Both the position numbers and the translations under genes were made by a program. The notes below the pieces were generated by a model. It was not told the DNA's origin and did no database searches. It saw only the letters and a program-made list of their open reading frames with translations. DNA of 57,580 nucleotides from NCBI GenBank assembly GCA_011065125.1, contig JAAKFI010000005.1:1-57580 (forward strand). The letters run 5' to 3'. This document shows positions 1 to 6,843 of the stretch, one piece after another. Numbering within the stretch: the first letter of the stretch is position 1; the number at the start of each line of letters is the position of its first letter. The stretch is from Candidatus Anoxychlamydiales bacterium (GTDB lineage: Bacteria; Chlamydiota; Chlamydiia; Chlamydiales; SM23-39).

Positions 1-991
1 GCTCTAAATCTTGAATAAAAAGACTTTTATCGCGCGGACGAGCAATCAGAACCCACGTATCTGTGATTTTTAATATTTCAGATGAAGTTGGAACTTTTCT
101 ATCATCAACAGAAGTCTCTGATGGCCAATATACACCCTTTGAGTCAAGAAATTTTACTCCAGATTGCAAAACAGCTTCGAAAGATTCTCGATCAAATGGG
201 GATACTCTCTGCGTTCGAGTATTCGTAAAATCTTTGTAAAATTTTAAAAGATCTATTGCACCTGGATTATCCGATAAATCAATAAAATCAAGTTCAAGAT
301 AATCATCGATATCGCGAGGTCCAATTTCAAGCGCCATAGTTTGATCATTTATATTTATATCAACAGCTTGAGTTATTAGAGGATGCTGAACTTTAACACC
401 TGCAACATTCCAACTCACAATTCCAATGCCCCAAGACAACTCTAATTGAGCATCTGTAATATTCCCTTCTAATTGATGTTTAATTGCAAAGAGTTGACTA
501 TAAATATTAATGGTCTTTCTTCGTTTCTTTTCTTCAACAGCCCAAGGCTTCCATAAGCTCACTAAATAAGCTCTAAATTTAGATTCGATTTTATTTTTCT
601 CTTTCAAATCTTTTAAGTTAACAGCCTCTGACTTTCCTTTAAAAAGTGCTTCGAGATATGAAATATCATATTTTTCTCCTTGAAGCTGACCCATATTAAT
701 AGATTGACGAAGTGAAGGATTTTTATTTGGAGCATTAGATATTTCTACCCAATGGATAAGGTCTGGATCAGTTAGATCGGGTACTTTTGTTTCATGTAAA
801 CGATCAATAACAAGCCATTTTCCGCCTTCTTCACTTTCAACATTAAAATGAATACCTGGTAAATCTTGAAATTCATGTTCAAATTGGCAAAAAAAATGTT
901 TCTTTACGTCATAACAAGAACGTAATTTTAATTTTGCAGACTCTTGTGCATATGTAATTAATGATATTAGTTTATTTTGATCTTGATTCAT
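1..991 (-). CDS. N-terminal ~330 aa of a probable large SF1 (UPF1/DNA2-like AAA) helicase - Vsr/DUF559-type nuclease family protein; truncated by the window edge
   Basis: Hand translation from ATG at 991 is open to position 1: MNQDQNKLISLITYAQESAKLK...WLVIDRLHETK...WKPWAVEEKKRRKTINIYSQLFAIKHQLEG...LELSWGIG...DNPG...SPFDRESFE...DTWVLIARPRDKSLFIQDLE. These blocks match my recollection of the N-terminus of this family; helicase motifs lie outside the window. Not in the ORF track. Confidence 0.7.
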   Translation of the reverse strand, partial: MNQDQNKLISLITYAQESAKLKLRSCYDVKKHFFCQFEHEFQDLPGIHFNVESEEGGKWLVIDRLHETKVPDLTDPDLIHWVEISNAPNKNPSLRQSINMGQLQGEKYDISYLEALFKGKSEAVNLKDLKEKNKIESKFRAYLVSLWKPWAVEEKKRRKTINIYSQLFAIKHQLEGNITDAQLELSWGIGIVSWNVAGVKVQHPLITQAVDININDQTMALEIGPRDIDDYLELDFIDLSDNPGAIDLLKFYKDFTNTRTQRVSPFDRESFEAVLQSGVKFLDSKGVYWPSETSVDDRKVPTSSEILKITDTWVLIARPRDKSLFIQDLE

Positions 992-1286
992 AAAGTCACG
1001 CTTATTTAATAATAAATCATAATTATTATAAATAAGTAGCATCGAAATGTAAATAAAAGAAAACAATAACAACAATTAAAGTTATTAATAAGTTTAAATA
1101 ATTAAATTTATTTAATAAAATAATTTAAAATATAATAAAAGATTATTACAATTTTATACATCTAGAGAATGAAGAGTAAAAAATATTTTAATTAAAATTT
1201 TTTATATAATTTATAATTTAAGCAATAAAATCATTTTTTTTTAACATAAAAAATATATCAGAAAAAATAAGAAAATTATTAAAATA

Positions 1287-1433
1287 ATGAATACCACAGA
1301 ACTAGGGCTGGATGAAAAAAGAAATTTAATAGAAGTTTTATTTACTGAATATTCCGTTATGAATTTTACGAATGCAGGAGATGAAAAGTATTTTTTCGAC
1401 TGGAATGAGAATCTATCACAAATTTATAACTAA
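1287..1433 (+). CDS. Small hypothetical ORF, 48 aa (MNTTELGLDEKRNLIEVLFTEYSVMNFTNAGDEKYFFDWNENLSQIYN), possibly a gene fragment
   Basis: ATG...TAA, more coding-like in composition than the surrounding near-pure AT spacer; no recognisable motif or SD. Confidence 0.3.
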   Translation: MNTTELGLDEKRNLIEVLFTEYSVMNFTNAGDEKYFFDWNENLSQIYN

Positions 1434-1451
1434 ATATTACTATAATTAATA

Positions 1452-1656
1452 TTAATCCAAAAAATACCCAAAAGGCTTTTTTAAGGCGCCTTTGCTATCT
1501 TTTCCAAAGTCTCAAGCGAAAGCCAACTCCAAACCCGTCTCCATGCCTAGAAATACGCTTCTACATTATCTTAGAAGCCTGTGCTAGATCGGCCTGAGTC
1601 ATATCAAGCTCTACCCTTGCCATCTTTACTTTCTTTCCTTATTTTTTAGCATCCAT
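1452..1656 (-). pseudogene. XRE-family HTH regulator pseudogene (paralog of 3158..3361)
   Basis: Reads MDAKK*GKKVKMARVELDMTQADLAQASKIM*KRISR.../SLETLEKIAK/LKKPFGYFLD*: two in-frame stops plus frameshifts. A 22-bp exact match links 1593-1614 and 3298-3319. Confidence 0.9.
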
Positions 1657-1718
1657 AATTTATTTCAATGTAGCAAAATTGGCTCAAATGACGGACGAAG
1701 TGGGTACCAATTCGTACT

Positions 1719-1928
1719 TTGTCGCTTATTTCGGTGAAGATTAAAATTACTAATAATAATATTATACCTTTATATAAAAAGCTAGCTCCGAAGATTAGGG
1801 AATTAAAAGTGCTTGGTATGAGAGATACAGAGATAGAAACAAAGCTAGATATCAGTAGAACAACTGTAAAAAATCGTTGCTTCCGCCCCATGGCATTCAT
1901 TCGCTCACAAAGCAATTTCTACCTCTGA
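1719..1928 (+). pseudogene. Small HTH-containing ORF remnant; the part after ~1872 is probably a chimeric junction
   Basis: PLYKKLAPKIRELKVLGMRDTEIETKLDISRTTVK has helix-turn-helix spacing; TTG start; after ~1872 the DNA belongs to a different gene read in another frame. Confidence 0.5.
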
Positions 1929-2244
1929 CGCAGCCCTTGTATCAGGTTTATCCTTTCAGGGAGGAAGTGGAAGTCCTGTATTCGTTGCCAGTCGCGGCAT
2001 TAAAATCAAAGCTAATGTAGGAGAGGCTCAATCTGCAGACTACTGCCCTCAAAAGATAATTGGAGTCATGACGGGCCATCTACAAACAATTAACTCAAAT
2101 AACAGTTCTCAAGAAAAAGCTCTAACAGATATTGCATGTCATCCAGGGAATGAGTTAGAGCAACATAGTGGGCTTTCTTACTTCACAAAATCAACAAGTA
2201 TTATTGAACTACTTAAAAAAATACCCAAAATTTCTCATAATTAA
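1870..2244 (+). pseudogene. C-terminal fragment of a trypsin-like serine protease (no start codon)
   Basis: Open frame after TAA at 1867: ...DAALVSGLSFQGGSGSPVF...KIIGVMTGH...HSGLSYFTKSTSIIELLKKIPKISHN*. GxSGSP catalytic-Ser motif followed by an IIGV strand; the N-terminal His/Asp half is missing. Confidence 0.7.
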
Positions 2245-2268
2245 GCAGCCAACGCTGAAAATAAAAAA

Positions 2269-3165
2269 TTATCTTGATTTATCGAAGATAGTAGAAGGAA
2301 AAAGATATTCTTGAGTAATACCTTGTTCTTTTAAAAATTTATCTATTTCTTCAAAAGAATCCTTTGGTAATACCAATTTAACAAAAACTTGTTTACCTGT
2401 TTTTTGCGCTAGTAAAGCCCATGATAATTCTAAATCAATTCTAAAATCCATTTGTGCAAAATATATTGCTTCTTGTCGTTTAGGTTTAGAATCTAATAAA
2501 TTATTAATTTGTTTTTCCGGATAAATTAATAAAGGTAATTGACCATACATTTTATTAGAATTATTTTTTAAACAATCCTTCAATGTATGTAAAACATCTT
2601 TAAATAAAACATTTCTCTGAAGAGCCTTACCTATAGCTTTTTGACGTACCATAAACAAGGATCCTTCTTCATTTTCATTGCGGTTTAAATTCGCAAAAAA
2701 TAAAGCAACTTTCCAATTATACGAAAAATCAATAAAACAAGTTCCTAGTGGTTTAATATCTGATAATTTCGGATCTTCAGGATTTTGCTGATGATGTCTA
2801 TGAAATTCAAAATATGAATCGATTCCTTGTTCTTTTTCTGATTTTTGTAGTTCAGGATTAATCAATATACAATCCATTTTATCCAAATAATGCTTAGCAC
2901 ATTGATGTTGATGAATTACATCATTTATAAGCTCCTCAGGATATAAATCAGTAACAGCCATCTTATTTTGTTCTTTTAAACTGCGTGCAAATGTTGACTC
3001 TAAAAGCCAATCACTTCTTCTATGCCCTCTAAAAAGAAAAGCTTCATTAATTTGTTTCTCAATATGTTCTAACTCAATTAATAAATCTTTAAATGAAGCC
3101 GGCTTCCATTCATAATTATTGTCTGATATAATAGTGCTTTCTAATTTAGGATAAAAATCACTCAT
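2269..3165 (-). CDS. FRG domain-containing protein
   Basis: FLFRGH...DWLLESTFAR and HHQQ...GTCFIDFSYNWKVALFFA correspond to the FRG and QHYG-PT-LLD-T-NP-VALFFA motifs. Confidence 0.85.
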   Translation of the reverse strand: MSDFYPKLESTIISDNNYEWKPASFKDLLIELEHIEKQINEAFLFRGHRRSDWLLESTFARSLKEQNKMAVTDLYPEELINDVIHQHQCAKHYLDKMDCILINPELQKSEKEQGIDSYFEFHRHHQQNPEDPKLSDIKPLGTCFIDFSYNWKVALFFANLNRNENEEGSLFMVRQKAIGKALQRNVLFKDVLHTLKDCLKNNSNKMYGQLPLLIYPEKQINNLLDSKPKRQEAIYFAQMDFRIDLELSWALLAQKTGKQVFVKLVLPKDSFEEIDKFLKEQGITQEYLFPSTIFDKSR

Positions 3166-3361
3166 CTAAAAAATACCCAAAAGACTTCTTTAATTTCTTA
3201 GCTATCTTTTCTAGGGTCTCTAAACTAGGTAATACTATCCCATTTTCATATCCGGAAATACTTTTTTGCATTATCCCCATAGCTTTGGCTAAATCGCCCT
3301 GAGTCATATCAAGCTCTACTCTTGCTAACTTAATTTTTTTTCCTAATTTTTTAGCATCCAT
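3158..3361 (-). CDS. XRE-family helix-turn-helix transcriptional regulator
   Basis: LGKKIKLARVELDMTQGDLAKAMGIMQKSISGYENG...PSLETLEKIAKKL is a canonical HTH_3 pattern; 8-bp overlap (ATGAGTGA) with the FRG start. Confidence 0.93.
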   Translation of the reverse strand: MDAKKLGKKIKLARVELDMTQGDLAKAMGIMQKSISGYENGIVLPSLETLEKIAKKLKKSFGYFLDE

Positions 3362-3449
3362 ATCAACTATGCCATAAGCTTGCCATTAAATTTTTCTCAT
3401 ATTGTTTAATATTTCTGATTTAAAGGAGGTAATGATTCAGATATAATAT

Positions 3450-4154
3450 TTATTCTCTTATCCTTGATTTTAAATATTCCCATGAACCCGCAGTCATTCC
3501 ACAAAGCTTTCTAACTGGAGAGAGAGAAGTTATGTTCTCTCCTAAATTACTCGATGCATTTATTATTATTGGTAAATTAAATCTAATAGCAAAAGAAACA
3601 CCATCAGCAATACTAGTAATAGCAGCAATACCACCAGCAGCACCAGCAGCACCAGCAGCAACACCAGCAACAGCAGCAGCAGTGGCACCAGCAGCAACAC
3701 CAGCAGCAGCAGCAACACCAGCAACAGCAAAAGCAGCAGCAACACCAGCAACAACAGCAGCAACACCAGCAGTAGCAGCAGCAGCAATACCAGCAGCAAC
3801 ACTAGCATTAACAAAAACAGTCATACCCACAATCTGCCCTATTCTCCATCCAAGATTAGGGGCATTATTAAATCCAGCCCTATACCCTCTATTGAAAGGT
3901 AAATTAGCATGCTGAAGGTTTATGTAATGTCTTTTCCAAGTTGTATTTGATGGCAGGGATTGATTTGGATATTCTACTTCACATTTTTGTCTCCAAGTAA
4001 CTTCATTAGCATCATGATATAATCCAGCAAGTTCTCGATTAACCTGAGCTAATTTTAAAACGTCTCTTCCAAGTAAATATTCTCTTATATGCTCTTTAAT
4101 CTCAGGGGGCATTCCCAAATAAGTTGGTTCGATTGCTGGGAAGTTTACAGTCAT
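3450..4154 (-). CDS. F-box protein with a long Ala/Gly/Val hydrophobic repeat region; candidate host-directed effector
   Basis: N-terminal LGMPPEIKEHIREYLLGRDVLKLAQVNRELAGL...W fits the F-box consensus; central region of AGVAA repeats. Confidence 0.8.
   Translation of the reverse strand: MTVNFPAIEPTYLGMPPEIKEHIREYLLGRDVLKLAQVNRELAGLYHDANEVTWRQKCEVEYPNQSLPSNTTWKRHYINLQHANLPFNRGYRAGFNNAPNLGWRIGQIVGMTVFVNASVAAGIAAAATAGVAAVVAGVAAAFAVAGVAAAAGVAAGATAAAVAGVAAGAAGAAGGIAAITSIADGVSFAIRFNLPIIINASSNLGENITSLSPVRKLCGMTAGSWEYLKSRIRE
3600..3808. repeat. Coding low-complexity trinucleotide repeat (GCA/CCA/ACA on +), with AGCAACACCAGC recurring
   Basis: Directly visible; encodes AGVAA-type units in the F-box protein. 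Confidence 0.9.
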
Positions 4155-4292
4155 GATTATTACCCTACTATTTTAGTTAATAATAACAATTATACCATTA
4201 TTATTTATAATAAATCTGTAAAATTAAATTAATATTTAAAGCGCTGATTTTCAAATTATTACATTTTTTGAAAAAATCAATTAATTCGAATA

Positions 4293-4352
4293 TTATTCAT
4301 CTAAAAAATACCCAAAAGACTTTTTAAGTTTTTTTGCTATCTTTTCTACTGT
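4293..4352 (-). pseudogene. 3'-terminal stub of a third XRE-HTH copy (TVEKIAKKLKKSFGYFLDE*)
   Basis: Matches the C-terminus of 3158..3361 with a 26-bp exact core AAGTCTTTTGGGTATTTTTTAGATGA and mostly synonymous differences; begins 9 nt from the tRNA 3' end. Confidence 0.88.
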
Positions 4353-4361
4353 ACAAAATTA

Positions 4362-4446
4362 CGGAAGAGGTAGGATTCGAACCCACGGTCCCTTGCAGGA
4401 CTTCTGTTTTCAAGACAGACGCAATCGGCCACTCTGCCACTCTTCC
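4362..4446 (-). tRNA. tRNA-Ser(TGA), CCA not encoded
   Basis: Acceptor GGAAGAG/CTCTTCC plus G discriminator; anticodon arm TCTGT-CTTGAAA-ACAGA; long variable arm GTCC...GGAC; T-loop TTCGAAT. Confidence 0.97.
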
Positions 4447-4486
4447 TTAAAAAAGATATTAACATAATAAAAAAATTTGAAACAAA

Positions 4487-5518
4487 TTACAAGGAAAATT
4501 GTTCTAAAAATCTCATATCGTTTTCAGTAAATGCTCTTATGTCTTTTATATCATACATGAGCATAGCAAGTCTCTCTATTCCCATACCTACAGCATAACC
4601 TGAGTATTTTTCAGGATCTATATTTGATGATTTTAAAACATTTGGATGGATCATCCCAGCACCTGCAACTTCTAGCCAACCTGAATGTTTACAAATTCTA
4701 CACCCCTGCCCTGAGCAAATTATACATTTAATATCTGTTTCCATACCTGGTTCAACAAATGGAAAATATGAAGGTCTAAATCTTGTTTCAATATCTTTAT
4801 CAAAAAGTTTTGAATAAAACTCTTTTAAGGTTGCAAAAAGATCCGCAAATGATGCGTTTTCATCAATATAAAAAAGATCAATTTGATGAAAAAAAACATG
4901 TGATCTTGATGAAATGTTTTCATTTCTAAAACATCTACCAGGAGCAATGCATCTAATTGGAGGATCTGATCTTTCCATTATCCTTGCTTGAACATTTGTT
5001 GTATGAGTGCGTAGCAATTTATTATCAGTTATATAAAAAGTATCTTGCATATCTCTTGCAGGATGATCTTTTTCGAAATTTAAACTCTCGAAATTATAAA
5101 AATCAGATTCTACGTTAGGTCCTAATTCAACAGAAAAACCCATACTTACAAAAATATCTATAGCTCTTTGCATTAAAAGAGAAATTGGATGGGATCTTCC
5201 CCAAAAGTTTTTCTTTCCGGGTAGTGTAATATCTAAAACTTCACTTGCAAGTTTTTTTTCTTCTTCTTTATTAGATATTTGACATAACTCATTTTGAAGA
5301 TGTGATGTAACCTCTTGTTTGAGATCATTTATTTTTTTCCCAAAAAGAGGTTTTTCAGTATTTGATACACCTTTTAAATGTGACATTAGGGATTGGATTA
5401 AGCCCTTTTTTCCAAGATACTTAATTTTTAGATTTTCAATGTCTTTAGAAGTATTTACTTTTTTTAAATCATTTAAAAAATCTGATCTAATTTCATTTAT
5501 ATTAGTATCTAATGTCAT
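4487..5518 (-). CDS. pheS: Phenylalanine--tRNA ligase alpha subunit
   Basis: HPARDMQDTF, LLRTHT, FRPSYFPFVEP, GMGIERLAM motifs. Confidence 0.98.
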   Translation of the reverse strand: MTLDTNINEIRSDFLNDLKKVNTSKDIENLKIKYLGKKGLIQSLMSHLKGVSNTEKPLFGKKINDLKQEVTSHLQNELCQISNKEEEKKLASEVLDITLPGKKNFWGRSHPISLLMQRAIDIFVSMGFSVELGPNVESDFYNFESLNFEKDHPARDMQDTFYITDNKLLRTHTTNVQARIMERSDPPIRCIAPGRCFRNENISSRSHVFFHQIDLFYIDENASFADLFATLKEFYSKLFDKDIETRFRPSYFPFVEPGMETDIKCIICSGQGCRICKHSGWLEVAGAGMIHPNVLKSSNIDPEKYSGYAVGMGIERLAMLMYDIKDIRAFTENDMRFLEQFSL

Positions 5519-5524
5519 TTTTTT

Positions 5525-5884
5525 TTAAGCTACCATTGCTTTCTTTGCTGTTACCACAACCTCTGTAAAAGCTTTTGGATCATGCATAGCAAGTGATGCT
5601 AACATCTTTCTATTTACTAGACAGTTTGCTTTTTTAAGGCCGTGTATAAGCTTACTATAACTCATTCCGTTAATTCTTGCAGCAATATTTATTCTAATAT
5701 TCCAAAGTTTTCTAAAATCAGATTTCTTTTTCTTTCTATGAATATAATTATATGCAAGCGCTTTCATTACAGCATTTTTAGCAATTCTTATGTGATTTTT
5801 TCTATCACCATAAAAACCTTTTGCTAGCTTTAATATTCTTTTTCTTCTTTTTCTTGAAGATACAGCGCAGGTCACTCTAGCCAT
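5525..5884 (-). CDS. rplT: 50S ribosomal protein L20
   Basis: MARV...[12 protein letters not shown]...FRKLW..RIN; infC-rpmI-rplT-pheS order. Confidence 0.98.
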   Translation of the reverse strand: MARVTCAVSSRKRRKRILKLAKGFYGDRKNHIRIAKNAVMKALAYNYIHRKKKKSDFRKLWNIRINIAARINGMSYSKLIHGLKKANCLVNRKMLASLAMHDPKAFTEVVVTAKKAMVA

Positions 5885-5902
5885 TTTATTTTACTCCTTT
5901 AT

Positions 5903-6103
5903 TTAACTACTTAAAAGCTTTATATAAGTTTTTCTATGTGCTTCACTTACAAGAGCTTTTTTTGAAAGTCTTCTTTTTCTATTAGATGACTTTTTAGTTA
6001 AAATATGTCTTTTGTTTTGTTTAGTTCTTTTAATTTTACCGTTTTTTGTTAATTTAAAACGCTTTGCTAAAGCTTTTTTCGTTTTTGCTTTTACTTTACT
6101 CAC
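5903..6103 (-). CDS. rpmI: 50S ribosomal protein L35
   Basis: KTKKALAKRFKLT..GKIKR...KRHILTKKS. Start moved to GTG at 6103, which has AAGGAG upstream. Confidence 0.93.
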   Translation of the reverse strand: MSKVKAKTKKALAKRFKLTKNGKIKRTKQNKRHILTKKSSNRKRRLSKKALVSEAHRKTYIKLLSS

Positions 6104-6620
6104 TACTTGCTCCTTTATATTTTTTCCCAATTGGCGCTAATACAGTTACAATTGTTCTTCCCATTAATTTTAAAGGAGACTCTATTTGAGCTATATCCTG
6201 AAGGTCATCTATTAATCGTTGTATGATTTTTTTTCCTTGCTCAGTATGTAGCATTTGTCTTCCCCTAAAAGATAATGTAACTTTTACTTTGTAACCTTTT
6301 AATATAAATTCTTTTGCATGTTTTTCTTTTGTTAAAAAATCATGGTTATCAATATTAGGCTTAAATTTTATCTCTTTTAGCTTTACTTGATGTTGTGATT
6401 TCTTACCCTCTTTTTCTCTTTTTAATTGCTGATATTTATATTTCCCAAAATCAATAATTTTGCAAACAGGAGGTTTAGCATTTGAAGATATTTCAACTAA
6501 ATCCAAATCTTTATCTGCAGCTAGGTTTAATGCTTCACTTAAGCTCATTACTCCAGCTTGAGACCCATCACTGTTTATCACTCTTACTTTATCAGCTCGA
6601 ATTTGTCTGTTTATTCTCAA
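6096..6620 (-). CDS. infC: Translation initiation factor IF-3 (TTG start)
   Basis: RINRQIR...DLVEIS.NAKPPVCKIIDFGKYKY...KEIKFKPNI; SD AAGGA before TTG, with an in-frame stop just upstream. Confidence 0.97.
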   Translation of the reverse strand: MRINRQIRADKVRVINSDGSQAGVMSLSEALNLAADKDLDLVEISSNAKPPVCKIIDFGKYKYQQLKREKEGKKSQHQVKLKEIKFKPNIDNHDFLTKEKHAKEFILKGYKVKVTLSFRGRQMLHTEQGKKIIQRLIDDLQDIAQIESPLKLMGRTIVTVLAPIGKKYKGASSE

Positions 6621-6843
6621 GTTTAATCCTTAATTCAAATATTTATAGATAAAAACATATGAAATATATTAAATCATATCTATATTTTTTTTACATATTT
6701 AATTTTTATTCTTTTCAAAGAACTTATGTTTTTTAAAAAAAAAACTTTATTTTTACATAAACTCTTATATTTTAAACTCTTTTACAATTGATTTTCAAGT
6801 ATCTTTTCTTATAAACTATTAAATTAATTAAAATTTTTTTTTT

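Larger units (their letters stand above)
1..4361. mobile_element. Degraded genomic island / accessory region anchored at the tRNA-Ser 3' end (left boundary outside the window)
   Basis: Abuts the tRNA 3' end; contains pseudogenes, gene fragments, repeated XRE copies and defence-type cargo. The edge ORF uses many CGN Arg codons while core genes use almost only AGA. No integrase or second att copy seen in the window. Confidence 0.7.

Noticed and set aside
49-57. GAACCCACG also occurs in the tRNA T-arm; possible att duplication
   Set aside because: Only 9 bp, inside an intact reading frame (DTWVL), and it does not include the tRNA 3' end.
1646-1915. 89-aa minus-strand ORF in the track
   Set aside because: Antisense shadow of the HTH remnant; it crosses the chimeric junction and overlaps the XRE pseudogene start.
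3422-3446. Perfect SD AAAGGAGGT followed by ATG on +
   Set aside because: Spacing is 1 nt and the ORF is only MIQI*; at most a relic.
3600-3808. Possible CRISPR or non-coding repeat array
   Set aside because: No repeat-spacer structure; it is in-frame coding low complexity, and no cas genes are present.
3532-3915. Ala/Pro/Thr-rich + ORF and poly-Leu/Val - ORF (3566-3814)
   Set aside because: Alternative-frame artefacts of the stop-free trinucleotide repeat in the F-box gene.
4487-5518. pheS without adjacent pheT
   Set aside because: Separation of pheS and pheT is usual in Chlamydiae.
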